Notes under the pieces: model-generated
Told to the model about the DNA's origin: nothing
Seen by the model: only the letters and a program-made list of their open reading frames with translations
The model's database searches: none
Shown here: positions 1-9,958 of the stretch, piece by piece
How positions within the stretch are numbered: the first letter of the stretch is position 1
Layout of the letters: each line of letters opens with the position of its first letter
NCBI GenBank assembly: GCA_944384525.1
Contig: CALWTR010000016.1
Coordinates: 4,546 to 68,545, forward strand
Reading direction: 5' to 3'
Source of the DNA: an uncultured Clostridia bacterium
GTDB taxonomy: Bacteria; Bacillota; Clostridia; Oscillospirales; CAG-272
DNA: 64,000 nucleotides
Made by a program: the position numbers and the translations under genes

Positions 1-422
1 GCCTCTATCCGTTCAAGTCCCAGGACCTCGAAACCAAATCTTATGACCGCACGCAGAGCTTCCGGCGCTATGCCGCGGCCTCGGTATGCCGGATTTATCA
101 CATATCCGACCTCTCCGCTTTTATTTGAAAAATCAAATGATGTAAAACCGCACGTTCCGATCATTTTTCCGCTTTCACGCAATGTTATCGCCCAGTCGTA
201 GAACTCACCGGTACGGTATTTCGCTATCACATATTTTATATATCGTATCGTATATCTGACGTTTTCATGAGGTTCCCATAGCAGGTAACGCGTTACTTCA
301 TCATTTGATGCGTACTCGTACATATCGTTATGGTCGCTTACAGAAAAGCGCCTGAGCAAAAGGCGCTCAGTCTTAATTTCCGGAATGTTCCGGAATATCT
401 TCAAAACCCTGTCCCTTTTCAT
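1..422 (-). CDS. GNAT family N-acetyltransferase (RimJ/RimL-like); C-terminal part lies beyond the window start
   Basis: Own translation of the minus strand from ATG at 422-420: MKRDRVLKIFRNIPEIKTERLLLRRFSVSDHNDMYEYASNDEVTRYLLWEPHEN...EVGYVINPAYRGRGIAPEALRAVIRFGFEVLGLERIE. The ERLxLR N-terminus and RGRGIA acetyl-CoA loop are GNAT hallmarks. Missing from the ORF track because the frame is open at position 1. Confidence 0.75.
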   Translation of the reverse strand, partial: MKRDRVLKIFRNIPEIKTERLLLRRFSVSDHNDMYEYASNDEVTRYLLWEPHENVRYTIRYIKYVIAKYRTGEFYDWAITLRESGKMIGTCGFTSFDFSNKSGEVGYVINPAYRGRGIAPEALRAVIRFGFEVLGLERIE

Positions 423-542
423 CTTGAAAAACTCACTTGTTCTGAATTGCCGGAAAGCGGCTTTTTATAGAAATATTTTATCAAAGACGGCTCTGTTTTT
501 CAACTTAATTTTAAAATAATTTTGAATTGTGACGTTTTGATA

Positions 543-571
543 TTGAAATTGCGTTCAAAATATGTTACCAT
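543..571 (+). promoter_or_regulatory. candidate sigma-A type promoter for the 610-1626 gene
   Basis: TTGAAA (543-548), 17-nt spacer, TGt-TACCAT (566-571), about 40 nt upstream of the TTG start. Confidence 0.35.
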
Positions 572-609
572 GATTTAAATAACTTCATCTCAGCGCGAGG
601 TACAGATAC

Positions 610-1626
610 TTGGAAGATTTCGAAAACGATACCGAACCGAGAAAGAAAAAAAGGTTTCGCCTTTTTGACTCTCAACGCGTCGGTAAAGGCATAACTAAAG
701 AAGAGAGCGATCTGCCCCCGGGTCTCAAACGATTCTTTATAACTTACAGAACAAATTTCAGCAAGCTGGTCACTGTCAATATAATGATGGTGCTCGGAAA
801 TTTTCCGATCATCTTTCTCATATTGGCTCTTGCCGATTACACAAAAATAGAATATATGTCACCCCTGTCATCTCTCTACCAGAATATATCGGCTACGATC
901 ACTGCGAGCGGTGAGTTCTCGCCGCTGTCGCTGGCCGTTCTGGGCATTGAAGGGGTACAGACACCGTCCTATGCAATGTCCGCCGTGACTATCGCGTTCC
1001 TCGCGATAAGCGCGCTTACTGTCTTTACATTCGGGATTGTAAACGTCGGTACTGCATATATTCTCAGAAATATTGCTGCCGGTGAGCCTGTTTTTCTCTG
1101 GAGCGATTTTATATATGCGATAAAACGCAACTACAAACAAGCGCTCCCGTTCGGGATATTCGATATAATCATATGCGCGCTCATCCCTTTCAATATCTAT
1201 TCGATGTTTCAATATTCAGGCTTCATTTATTCAGTCATCCTTTGGTTCAATATCGTCATAGGATTTATATATTTCAGCATGCGGTTTTACATCTATGTCC
1301 AGATGGTGACATTTAAGCTTTCGATCTTCAAGCTTCTTAAGAATTCGCTGATATTTTCACTGATAGGATTAAAACGCAACATCTGTGCTGTTTTAGGTGT
1401 ATTTCTGCTCGTATTTATGAACGTACTTTTCCTGTTCAGCACGCCTTTTTTGGTACCGATCGGCGTGGCAATGCCACTGCTTGTACTTTTCTCAAACTGT
1501 GCTTTTATCAAGGTCTATGCATCTTACTTCGAGATCAAGAAGATAATGATAGATCCTTATGCGGATGAAAACAAAACGGACGACGGCCCGCAAGATGACG
1601 AGCCGATCATGATCGACCGCGGATAA
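610..1626 (+). CDS. multi-pass membrane protein, YesL/DUF624-like
   Basis: 338-aa ORF with a TTG start 10 nt after GAGG. Several long hydrophobic segments. The N-terminal pattern LKRFFITYRTNFSKLVTVNIMMVLGNFPIIF resembles YesL-family proteins. Followed directly by a hairpin terminator. Confidence 0.6.
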   Translation: MEDFENDTEPRKKKRFRLFDSQRVGKGITKEESDLPPGLKRFFITYRTNFSKLVTVNIMMVLGNFPIIFLILALADYTKIEYMSPLSSLYQNISATITASGEFSPLSLAVLGIEGVQTPSYAMSAVTIAFLAISALTVFTFGIVNVGTAYILRNIAAGEPVFLWSDFIYAIKRNYKQALPFGIFDIIICALIPFNIYSMFQYSGFIYSVILWFNIVIGFIYFSMRFYIYVQMVTFKLSIFKLLKNSLIFSLIGLKRNICAVLGVFLLVFMNVLFLFSTPFLVPIGVAMPLLVLFSNCAFIKVYASYFEIKKIMIDPYADENKTDDGPQDDEPIMIDRG

Positions 1627-1658
1627 AAAAGCCGGGACTTTTTGTCCCGGCTTTTTTA
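1625..1658. terminator. bidirectional rho-independent terminator between convergent genes
   Basis: 9-bp stem AGCCGGGAC / GTCCCGGCT (1630-1638 / 1644-1652), flanked by an A-run and a T-run. Confidence 0.8.
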
Positions 1659-2366
1659 TTATCCCGAACGAGCTATCAATTCAGATACCGTCACAAATCT
1701 ATAGCCTTCACGCAAAAGTTCCGGTATCAAAATTTCAAGCGCCGGTATGGTTGTGTTTTCGCCTGAAATATAATCGTGAAAAAGTATTATATCTCCATCT
1801 TTTATATTGCCGGTTACGTAGCGGTATATTCTCTCCGGAGACGTATGCTTCCAATCCTCGGTATCCAGGCTCCACAGCACGGTTCTGTAACCCAGTTTGT
1901 TTATGATATCAAGATCGCTTTTTCTATACGATCCCTGAGGAGGCCGAAAAAGCGAAGATCCTATTCCGTTTATCGAAGTTATCATACGGTCGTTTTCCGA
2001 TATTTCCTCCTCTACCTTTTCCGGACTGCATTTGCTTATTATTGTATGATCGTACGTGTGATTGCCTATTTCATGTCCGCGCTCGTATACCATTTTCGCC
2101 GTATCCCTGTAATATACGATATTTTGACCTATAAAAAAGAACGTTGCCTTTATATCGTATTTATCCAGGATATCGAGTATCCGAGGAGTATATTTAGGAT
2201 GCGGTCCATCGTCGAAGGTGAGCGCTATCGCCTTTTCGGTATTATTGCATCTGTACACCGGCATGAATGCCGCAGATCGTATCGAAAATGACGCGGATAC
2301 TGAGAGCACCAACAAAATAGACAGTATAGCGGACGATTTATTACGACGGTATCCCATAACTGTCAA
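1659..2366 (-). CDS. polysaccharide deacetylase (NodB homology domain, PgdA/PdaB-like), secreted or membrane-anchored
   Basis: Motifs LTFDDGPHPKYTPRILDIL, HEIGNHTYDH and LFRPPQG match the NodB catalytic motifs. N-terminal hydrophobic signal/anchor. 4-nt overlap with the upstream gene. Confidence 0.85.
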   Translation of the reverse strand: MTVMGYRRNKSSAILSILLVLSVSASFSIRSAAFMPVYRCNNTEKAIALTFDDGPHPKYTPRILDILDKYDIKATFFFIGQNIVYYRDTAKMVYERGHEIGNHTYDHTIISKCSPEKVEEEISENDRMITSINGIGSSLFRPPQGSYRKSDLDIINKLGYRTVLWSLDTEDWKHTSPERIYRYVTGNIKDGDIILFHDYISGENTTIPALEILIPELLREGYRFVTVSELIARSG

Positions 2367-3133
2367 AGCTCGTCAAGAGTCCCGAATCTGTACCCGAGTT
2401 TCTTCCACTCCCGGATAAGGTCGCCGAGTATAGCTGCATTTGTGGCAGACGTCGGATGCAGTAATATTATCTCTCCGTTATGGGTATTCTCCAGTATTTT
2501 TGTCTTAGCCGCATCAGGGTCCGGCTGTTTTTCGTTATCCCAGTCAGCATATGCAAAGCTCCAAAAAACCGTTTTATATCCAGCATCTGACGCACAAATA
2601 AGATTTTCCTCACTGTATTTGCCTTCCGGAGGTCTGTAATATTTTGCAAGCTCATAGCCGGTCTTTTCACGGTACAGATCCTCCAGCCGGCGCAGTTCAT
2701 CCGTCATTTGTTCCCTGCTGAATTTAGTCATATCCTTGTGCGAGCAAGTATGATTGCAAACGAGATTGCCATCCTCAGCCATGCGTTTTACAAGATCGGT
2801 ATTTTTTACGATAAGATGGGACAGCACAAAAAACGCGCCGTTTACCCCCTCCTCTTTCATCACATCAAGTATTTTTTCGATGTTTCCGTTTTCATATCCG
2901 GCATCGAACGTCAAGTATATGACACGGTCGCTGGAATCGTCAGAGACTTTAGGGTCAAGATAATACCCGCCGTGTTCAAGGATGATCTCCTGTGACGGAT
3001 CAAGTACAGGACGGCGTCCGCCGTTCCTCTTTATATACCAGCTTGCCGCACCGGCATTTCCGAATGACTGAAGCGTGAAAGATAGCATCAGGATACAAAA
3101 AAGCGGCAAAAAAAATATTTTTTTTATTTTCAT
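2363..3133 (-). CDS. pdaA: PdaA-like delta-lactam-biosynthetic de-N-acetylase (spore cortex)
   Basis: YLTFDAGYENGN...FFVLSHLI...NHTCSHKD...YYRPPEGKYS...VFWSFAYADW...ILLHPTS follows the B. subtilis PdaA motif order as I recall it. Signal peptide present. The symbol is tentative. Confidence 0.7.
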   Translation of the reverse strand: MKIKKIFFLPLFCILMLSFTLQSFGNAGAASWYIKRNGGRRPVLDPSQEIILEHGGYYLDPKVSDDSSDRVIYLTFDAGYENGNIEKILDVMKEEGVNGAFFVLSHLIVKNTDLVKRMAEDGNLVCNHTCSHKDMTKFSREQMTDELRRLEDLYREKTGYELAKYYRPPEGKYSEENLICASDAGYKTVFWSFAYADWDNEKQPDPDAAKTKILENTHNGEIILLHPTSATNAAILGDLIREWKKLGYRFGTLDEL

Positions 3134-3230
3134 GTTTTCACCTCGTTTCCTTACACTTTTATTTTCTTATTTGAGTCAGAAAATAACCGAGGTAAAAAAC
3201 GATATATTTGATAAAAAATCCATATACAAA

Positions 3231-3257
3231 ACAAAAAGACCGCTATCGCGGTCTTTT
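3231..3257 (-). terminator. rho-independent terminator of rpsU
   Basis: 8-bp stem AAGACCGC / GCGGTCTT (3236-3243 / 3248-3255). On the minus-strand RNA it is followed by UUUUUGU. Confidence 0.75.
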
Positions 3258-3271
3258 ATGCCATTATGCTA

Positions 3272-3448
3272 TTACTTATACTTGCGCTTTCTGGCTGCCT
3301 CAGATTTCTTCTTGCGCTTTACGCTGGGCTTCTCGTAATATTCTCTTTTACGAAGCTCAGTGAGGAATCCGGATTTCACGCAAGAGCGCTTAAATCTGCG
3401 AAGCGCGCTCTCGAGAGTCTCGTTTTCCTTGACCCTTATTTCTGCCAT
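3272..3448 (-). CDS. rpsU: 30S ribosomal protein S21
   Basis: [61 protein letters not shown] at 3448 is preceded by GGGAGGG. The longer track ORF (start 3472) would begin upstream of that SD. Confidence 0.95.
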   Translation of the reverse strand: MAEIRVKENETLESALRRFKRSCVKSGFLTELRKREYYEKPSVKRKKKSEAARKRKYK

Positions 3449-3509
3449 TCTATTTTTTCCCTCCCTTCGCAATTGGCAAAGAGATAAAATATCTCAAAAT
3501 TTCTTATAC

Positions 3510-3538
3510 AGTATACACTATATTTTCATTTTTGTCAA
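3510..3538 (-). promoter_or_regulatory. candidate sigma-A promoter of rpsU
   Basis: On the minus strand: TTGACA (3538-3533), 17-nt spacer, TATACT (3515-3510). Confidence 0.55.
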
Positions 3539-3629
3539 TAGTTTTTACATTTTTTGATATATAAAATTGTATTTTTATTTAAGCTGAAGACAGACCAAGA
3601 AAATCTTATGTGACCAGTTGACCGCCAAG

Positions 3630-4535
3630 TCATCCGGATATCGTATAAGAAGCGCCCTTTCTCCTCTGTACACGACCTGAATGACGATGCTGTATCAAAG
3701 CGGCGCGTATCGTATTCATAAGAAGCATAGTTATCGTCATCGGGCCGACTCCTCCGGGAACAGGAGTTATTGCCGACGCCTTTTCCGCTACCTCTGCAAA
3801 AGCGACATCTCCGGTCAGTTTTCCGTCCTGACCTCTGTTGATCCCTACATCTATAACGACAGCTCCCTCTTTTATCATGTCAGCCTTTATAAATCCGGCT
3901 CTCCCTACGGCGGCAATAAGTATGTCCGCCGAACCCGTCATCTCAGAGATATTTACCGTCCTGGAATGGCAGATAGTCACGGTAGCGTTTTTTTCCAGCA
4001 TCAGAAGCGACACCGGTTTTCCTACTATATTGCTCCGCCCAACAACAGTGCATCTCTTGCCTGCGGGATCTATTCCGTAATATCTCAACAATTCCATTAT
4101 ACCCGCCGGTGTACACGGAAGAAAGTCGTGGCTGCCGTTTACCAGCTTGCCGACGTTTACGGGATGGAAGCAATCGACATCCTTTTCCGGAGAAATCGAA
4201 TACAAAACATCCCTTTCTTCTATCTGAGGCGGGAGAGGTAGCTGTACCAGGATACCGTTTACATCCGGATCACCGTTCAATTCGGATATTTTGTTTATCA
4301 GCTCAGTCTGCGAAATGTCTTCGGGCATAGCTATTATCGATGATCTCATGCCGCACTCGGCAAATGCTTTTGCCTTGTTTCTGACATACGTCTGAGATGC
4401 AGGATTATTTCCTACGATTATTACTGTAAGATTGGGGACGCTGCCTTTGAACATTTTGCGATAAAGTCTCACACGTTTTTTTATCCCTTCACGTATGACC
4501 GAAGAGACTTTTTTTCCATCTATCAAAGTCGCCAT
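3630..4535 (-). CDS. folD: bifunctional methylenetetrahydrofolate dehydrogenase / methenyl-THF cyclohydrolase
   Basis: MATLIDGKKVS..., LTVIIVGNNPASQTYVRNK, GILVQLPLP, PCTPAGIMELL, VVGRSNIVGKP and PVPGGVGPMTI are the classic FolD motifs. Confidence 0.93.
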   Translation of the reverse strand: MATLIDGKKVSSVIREGIKKRVRLYRKMFKGSVPNLTVIIVGNNPASQTYVRNKAKAFAECGMRSSIIAMPEDISQTELINKISELNGDPDVNGILVQLPLPPQIEERDVLYSISPEKDVDCFHPVNVGKLVNGSHDFLPCTPAGIMELLRYYGIDPAGKRCTVVGRSNIVGKPVSLLMLEKNATVTICHSRTVNISEMTGSADILIAAVGRAGFIKADMIKEGAVVIDVGINRGQDGKLTGDVAFAEVAEKASAITPVPGGVGPMTITMLLMNTIRAALIQHRHSGRVQRRKGASYTISG

Positions 4536-4536
4536 A

Positions 4537-5391
4537 TCAATCAGCCCCCGTCTTTTTCTCTTTCTTTTGCTTAAAAAACAGTTTTCCCTCTTTTTTAGTC
4601 ACAAGAAAATATATCAGTGCAGCTCCGCAGAGCAAAAAAGCCACGATGCCGACGACCTGAGATATTCTCAGAGAGCCGAGCATAAGGCTGTCCGTTCTCA
4701 TTCCCTCGATGAAAAATCTGCCGAAACCGTACCATGCAAAGGTCTCGAGAACTATCTGACCGTCATATTTCCGCTTTTTCCAAAACGCAGTTATCAAAAT
4801 AAATCCTGCTATGTTCCAGAGAGACTCGTACAAAAATGTAGGATGCACGTACATGGTAGCGTAACCGGTGAGATTATTATTTAACCCCATTCTGATCCAG
4901 GATCCGGTCTCATATCCGAATGCTTCTCCGTTCATGAAATTGCCCCATCTGCCTATTCCCTGAGCAAGAAGTACTCCCGGAACTATGCAATCTCCGACGG
5001 CAAAATATTTTATCTTTTTTATACGGCAGGCTATATATACACCGAGCGCACCTAAGATTATTGCGCCATATATCGCAAGCCCTCCGCCGCGGATATTGAA
5101 AAGTTCTTTTATAGATAAAAAGGCGCTCGGATCGTAAAAGATCACATAATACAGTCTCGCGCCTATAACACCTGACGGAACGGCCCAAAGGAGCAGATCC
5201 AGCACATCGTCGCTTGTAAGTCCTATATTTTTCGATATATAAACTACATAGAAAAAGCAGGCTATTATACCGAACGTTATTATTAGTGCATACCAAGCGA
5301 TATCTATACCGAAAACGGTAAAGGCGACACTGTTGACGCTGAATTCGCTTATCCCGAGACCGGGAAATGAGATCTTTGAAATCCTAAGCAT
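4537..5391 (-). CDS. lgt: prolipoprotein diacylglyceryl transferase
   Basis: Polytopic membrane protein containing GARLYYV, GGLAIYGAI and GRWGNFMNGEAFG (Lgt signature). Confidence 0.92.
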   Translation of the reverse strand: MLRISKISFPGLGISEFSVNSVAFTVFGIDIAWYALIITFGIIACFFYVVYISKNIGLTSDDVLDLLLWAVPSGVIGARLYYVIFYDPSAFLSIKELFNIRGGGLAIYGAIILGALGVYIACRIKKIKYFAVGDCIVPGVLLAQGIGRWGNFMNGEAFGYETGSWIRMGLNNNLTGYATMYVHPTFLYESLWNIAGFILITAFWKKRKYDGQIVLETFAWYGFGRFFIEGMRTDSLMLGSLRISQVVGIVAFLLCGAALIYFLVTKKEGKLFFKQKKEKKTGAD

Positions 5392-5395
5392 AAAT

Positions 5396-6685
5396 TCATC
5401 CCCTTTGCATAGTAGGTATAATTTTAGCTGTCACACAATTTTCTTCTTTGAAAACAGATAAACATTCCAAAACGTCGGAATATTTTATGGCAGAAAGCAT
5501 ATCCGGCTCCAAAAAAACATTATAACCGCTGAAATAAGAACGCATCATATCATTTGCTATGTCGTCAGTGCTGTCAAAAGAACGCACGCTTTCAGAATAG
5601 CGAGAGCGCCTGACACGCTCAAAATCATCCTTGCTGAAAGGCTTTCCAATTGCATTTTTTACTTCAGACAGCACTGCCTCTTTAAGCGCTTTATCATCGC
5701 CGCTTTCGTCAAAGATCATAACACTGCCGCAATCGGTATATTCGATATACTCGGCGGAAAAAGAGGAGGAAATAAGACCTTCCGCATACATTTTGTCATA
5801 GAATGCACTGCTCTTGCCGAAAAGCAGCTCACACAGTATCTCCATACATAAACTGCGTTTCAGCACATTTTTTGCCCCTGTCGGTATATCGTTGTCCTTG
5901 AACGCTATTGATACCATCGGTTTGGATATATCCATTTTAAGTTCGGCGTACTTTTCGTTTATTTCGTCCGGTTCATCCGGGCTCGTCAGAACAGCGGCAT
6001 CCCCGGCCTTTGCCGTGACTTTCCCGTCGACTATTGCCAAAACGCGTTCAGGCGATATATCTCCGCAGACGCAAAGCACCATATTTTCCGGCCGGTAAAA
6101 TGCATTATAGCAATTGTAAAGCAATTCAGGAGTTATTTCCGATATTGAGCTTACACTTCCGCAAATATTGTTTCTTACCGGATGATTCTTATAAAGAAGT
6201 TTCAGAGTGGCATAATAAAGCCTTGAAAACGGATTGTCGTCATACATTCCGATCTCCTGCGATATTATCCCCTGCTCTTTTTTTATATTTTCTTCGGTAA
6301 AATACGGGTCGTTCACGAAATCCAGAAGTACTCCGAGACATTTCTCGTGATCCTCTGCCGAAGAAAAAAGGTAAGCAGTATTAAGCGCAGATGTGTAGGC
6401 ATTTGCGCTGGCGCCGTATTCGGCATAAAGCTCAAATGCGTTCTTTCCGTTCTTACCCTCAAACATTTTATGCTCAAGAAAATGAGCAACTCCGTCGGGG
6501 ATCCGAAAATCTTTTCCGCCGACGGAAAAACGGTTGTTGACCGAACCGAATTTCACCGCGTATACCGCATAGAGTGAAGACATTTTCTTAGGAAATACCT
6601 GGACGGTAAGTCCGCTTTCGTGTTTGAGCGAGTAGAATTTTTCATTTAAAACAGCGTTCTCATATATTTCAAATTCACGCTTCAT
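5396..6685 (-). CDS. M16 (pitrilysin/insulinase) family zinc peptidase, catalytic subunit
   Basis: HFLEHKMFEG matches the HxxEH inverted zinc motif. I prefer the start at ATG 6685 (MKREFEIY), preceded by GAGGAGGA. It overlaps the upstream partner gene by 11 nt. Confidence 0.85.
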   Translation of the reverse strand: MKREFEIYENAVLNEKFYSLKHESGLTVQVFPKKMSSLYAVYAVKFGSVNNRFSVGGKDFRIPDGVAHFLEHKMFEGKNGKNAFELYAEYGASANAYTSALNTAYLFSSAEDHEKCLGVLLDFVNDPYFTEENIKKEQGIISQEIGMYDDNPFSRLYYATLKLLYKNHPVRNNICGSVSSISEITPELLYNCYNAFYRPENMVLCVCGDISPERVLAIVDGKVTAKAGDAAVLTSPDEPDEINEKYAELKMDISKPMVSIAFKDNDIPTGAKNVLKRSLCMEILCELLFGKSSAFYDKMYAEGLISSSFSAEYIEYTDCGSVMIFDESGDDKALKEAVLSEVKNAIGKPFSKDDFERVRRSRYSESVRSFDSTDDIANDMMRSYFSGYNVFLEPDMLSAIKYSDVLECLSVFKEENCVTAKIIPTMQRG

Positions 6686-7976
6686 CTTTTTCCTCCTCAA
6701 GCCCGGACGTTCCTGCTCCCCTAAGGAAAAACACAGTGTCAAGCTTTATACCGCGGGCAAATTCCGAGACTTTACCGGCATCCATTTTCATGATATCATC
6801 TGCCTTTTCCTCCGGAGTATAAAACTTTCCGCTGATCACTCTGTTGAAACACCAGTTCTCAATTGAAAACGGACTGTCGTTTATAGTCCTGTATATATCG
6901 TTCAGGGATTTCTTAGCGAAAAACATCTCCTCGTCTGTGATATCACCGCTTTTCACCGCATCAAGCTGGCGGAGTATCTCGGACTTAGCCGCTTTAAAAT
7001 TCGTATTATCTATTCCTGAAGATACGATTAGCACGCCCTTTAAATACTCAGGTACGCCTTGACAGTAATAGCAAAGGCTCAGCTTTTCCCGTACATTCAA
7101 AAACAGTTTGGAGACCGGAGACATACTGAATACCGCCATAAACAATGGTGCGGCATCGCACATAGCATCATAAGATGTACAGCCCAGGTCGAATCCCATG
7201 ACCATTTTCCCCTGAATTGCAGCCGCATCTTCCTGCGCCTCGTTCACCTTAACTGCCGCCTTACGCCTGACCTCCGGGAGAGCGGAATAATTTCTTTCAG
7301 AAAAGTGAAATTTTTCAGCAAAAATCTTTTCTATTTTTTCATGCGGCTCCGCGCCTATATAAAACGCCTCTATCCTTGCCTCCGAGAGAAACTTTTCGTA
7401 ATACGAGAAAAGCGTTTTCGGATCTATCCCGACAATGATCTTTTCACAGCCTTTCGGATTTACCGAGAAAGGATCTCCAGCAAACATATGCTCGACGCAT
7501 TTTTCCACCGCAAATGAGTTCTTGTTATTCCTCGTTGCGCGTATGCTGTCTATGAGCGTCTTTTTTTCCCTCTCAACATAAGCGGCAGAAAAAACTCCGT
7601 TTTCGGTATAGGGAGAAAATATCACTGAAGAAAGCAGTGATATCGCCTGCTCGGTTATATTTCCGCCATCGCCCATCGAGTATTTGCTGTCCAGCATTGC
7701 TATTGAAAATGAGACGGACTGATAATCGCCGACCTTAACTGAGGAGCTGAAAAGCTCCATGCCGTACAGCTCCTGAAGTCGTCTGCTAATCTCGCGTATC
7801 GTCGGCAGTTCTGCTGTACCGCATTTCAGCACATTCGGTATGAGGGCATAATATGATGCGGTCTTCTCCGACAGCGGCAGAATAAACTTGACGGTGAAAA
7901 CCGCCGTTTTGAATTTATCTGTACATATAGTATTTACATACTCACCATCGGAAATTTTTTTCCTCTTATAATCCAT
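6675..7976 (-). CDS. M16 family peptidase-like protein lacking HxxEH (probable non-catalytic partner)
   Basis: Length and C-terminal region are insulinase-like, with no HxxEH motif. ATG at 7976 lies 5 nt after GGAGG; the GTG at 7982 in the track overlaps that SD. Confidence 0.75.
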   Translation of the reverse strand: MDYKRKKISDGEYVNTICTDKFKTAVFTVKFILPLSEKTASYYALIPNVLKCGTAELPTIREISRRLQELYGMELFSSSVKVGDYQSVSFSIAMLDSKYSMGDGGNITEQAISLLSSVIFSPYTENGVFSAAYVEREKKTLIDSIRATRNNKNSFAVEKCVEHMFAGDPFSVNPKGCEKIIVGIDPKTLFSYYEKFLSEARIEAFYIGAEPHEKIEKIFAEKFHFSERNYSALPEVRRKAAVKVNEAQEDAAAIQGKMVMGFDLGCTSYDAMCDAAPLFMAVFSMSPVSKLFLNVREKLSLCYYCQGVPEYLKGVLIVSSGIDNTNFKAAKSEILRQLDAVKSGDITDEEMFFAKKSLNDIYRTINDSPFSIENWCFNRVISGKFYTPEEKADDIMKMDAGKVSEFARGIKLDTVFFLRGAGTSGLEEEKDEA

Positions 7977-8063
7977 GTACACCTCCGGACAAAAACAGCT
8001 TTTTGCGATTTATTTTCCCGCAATGTTTATTCTACCTTGCAGAGGATCAATTATAAGGCGATT

Positions 8064-8480
8064 TTAATTTTTTGAGTCCGAAATGATATCCGCGATAGTT
8101 ATCGCGTCCAGTTGTTCAGCCAAAACATCGTTCACCTTTTTAAAGGCACGGTGGAAAGCACAGGAATTTTTTTCAACTCCGTTAAGGCTGCACACCTCTG
8201 TATCATTCAGGCAACGAGAAATAGCTATCGGCCCGTCAACCAGCTCTATTATGGTTTTAAGCGTGATTTTATCCGGAGCTATTCGTAGCTTATACCCGCC
8301 GTTCACTCCTTTATGTGACTCAGCAACTCCGCCTTTCACAAGTTTGTGAAGTATTTTGAGCGTAAAGCGCAGAGTCACCGCCGTGGATTCAGATATTTTC
8401 TTTGCATCCGTCAAAACACCGCGCGTCGCAAGTACGCTGACTATTCTGAGTGTATAATCCGCTTCAAGAGTAAGTTTCAT
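8064..8480 (-). CDS. Rrf2 family transcriptional regulator
   Basis: MKLTLEADYTLRIVSVLATRG...TLRFTLKILHKLVKGGVAESHKGVNGGYKL is a typical Rrf2 winged helix. Cys residues at CLND..CS..C could bind a cluster. I prefer the start at ATG 8480 over the track start 8585. Confidence 0.85.
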   Translation of the reverse strand: MKLTLEADYTLRIVSVLATRGVLTDAKKISESTAVTLRFTLKILHKLVKGGVAESHKGVNGGYKLRIAPDKITLKTIIELVDGPIAISRCLNDTEVCSLNGVEKNSCAFHRAFKKVNDVLAEQLDAITIADIISDSKN

Positions 8481-8603
8481 ATTATCTGCCTCGCTGTTAT
8501 CAATAAAAACTATTCCGCAGGAGTTACGCGCAAAGTCGCACAGCCCCTGCGGAAAAACGAATACCCTATATATTACCGGCGGCATGCTCCGCCGGAATGC
8601 TGT

Positions 8604-9725
8604 TTATCTTGAAAGTTCGATCCTGTGCTTATCAAGGATCGTATGTATCTTCTTGGACTGATCGAGCAGATGGCTTATCGTCTCGTCATGGTTCAATGTG
8701 TCGATAATATAAGCGACGTATTTGCACATATTGACCTCGATATACCACTCTCTCTTGAGGAGCTCCGGCGTCCGGTAGACAAGATTAGTCGTAAATATCT
8801 TGGTTATCACGCCCTCTTCATATGCCTTATCTATATTGTCCAAACCATTGCAGAAAAGACCGAAAGTCGCAAATACGAATATCCTCCTCGCGCCTTTTTC
8901 TTTAAGCTGCTGTGCTACATCGATCACACTGTCTCCGGAGGATATCATGTCATCTACTATGATGACGTCCTTATCCTTGACGTCACGGCCCAGATACTCA
9001 TGCGCTACGATAGGATTTTTTCCGTTGATTATAACAGAGTAATCTCTGCGCTTATAAAACATTCCAAGATCTATGCCCATGACCGAGGAGTAGTACATAC
9101 ATTTTGACATCCCGCCCTCATCCGGGGAAATTATCATCATATTGTCGGGATCGATCACCATATCGGGATATGTGCGAAGGAGCGCTTTTATCATCTGATA
9201 TGACGAACGGACGTTGTCAAAACCGTTAAGGGGGATAGCGTTCTGCACGCGCGCATCATGCGCATCAAAGGTAATGAAATTCTCAACGCCCATATTTATG
9301 AGCTCCTGAAGTGCAAGAGCGCAGTCAAGAGACTCGCGCGAGGAGCGCTTATGCTGTCTGCCCTCATACAGCATCGGCATAACGACACTTATACGCCTTG
9401 CCTTTCCGCCGATAGCTCCGATTATACGCTTCAGATCCTGAAAATGATCATCCGGGCTCATGGGAACGGTCTGTCCATACATGTTGTATGTGACGCCATG
9501 ATTAAAAACGTCGGAAATAATATATACGTCATGACCTCTCATCGACTGATGGAGAAGACCCTTGCCCTCTCCGCTTCCGAAACGTGGGCATGATGCATCG
9601 GCGATGAAAGTCTCATCCCCGCCGTGTCTGCGCCACTCTCTGAGATAAGCGTCTACCTGGGATACAAAATCCTCGCATCCGCGCATTCCGACAACACTGA
9701 GCTCTCCGTACAATCCGTCCTTCAT
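8604..9725 (-). CDS. ribose-phosphate pyrophosphokinase (PRPP synthetase) family protein, long form
   Basis: RISVVMPMLYEGRQHKR, ITFDAHD, ISPDEGG and VIIVDDMISSGDS (PRPP loop) are present. About 373 aa, longer than canonical Prs at about 315 aa. ATG at 9725 sits 7 nt after GGAG. Confidence 0.8.
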   Translation of the reverse strand: MKDGLYGELSVVGMRGCEDFVSQVDAYLREWRRHGGDETFIADASCPRFGSGEGKGLLHQSMRGHDVYIISDVFNHGVTYNMYGQTVPMSPDDHFQDLKRIIGAIGGKARRISVVMPMLYEGRQHKRSSRESLDCALALQELINMGVENFITFDAHDARVQNAIPLNGFDNVRSSYQMIKALLRTYPDMVIDPDNMMIISPDEGGMSKCMYYSSVMGIDLGMFYKRRDYSVIINGKNPIVAHEYLGRDVKDKDVIIVDDMISSGDSVIDVAQQLKEKGARRIFVFATFGLFCNGLDNIDKAYEEGVITKIFTTNLVYRTPELLKREWYIEVNMCKYVAYIIDTLNHDETISHLLDQSKKIHTILDKHRIELSR

Positions 9726-9835
9726 CTTCACACTCCGTAATATTTAATTATCAGTATACAGTTATTTCTACGTCCGGAAAAATAAATTCTTCCTGACTAA
9801 GCCTGTATCACGCCGTAAGCTAACTTACATATAAT

Positions 9836-9864
9836 ATTATATAACCGCATCCGGAAAAAGTCAA
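9836..9864 (-). promoter_or_regulatory. candidate sigma-A promoter of the PRPP-synthetase-like gene
   Basis: On the minus strand: TTGACT (9864-9859), 17-nt spacer, TATAAT (9841-9836). Predicts a leader of about 100 nt. Confidence 0.55.
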
Positions 9865-9958
9865 GTTCATATATGAAATAAAATATCGTCGTGGATGACA
9901 GCCGAAGTGCTGTCTGTCACACGCTCCAATCAAGAACTCTAACATAAGGAGAAAGCAG

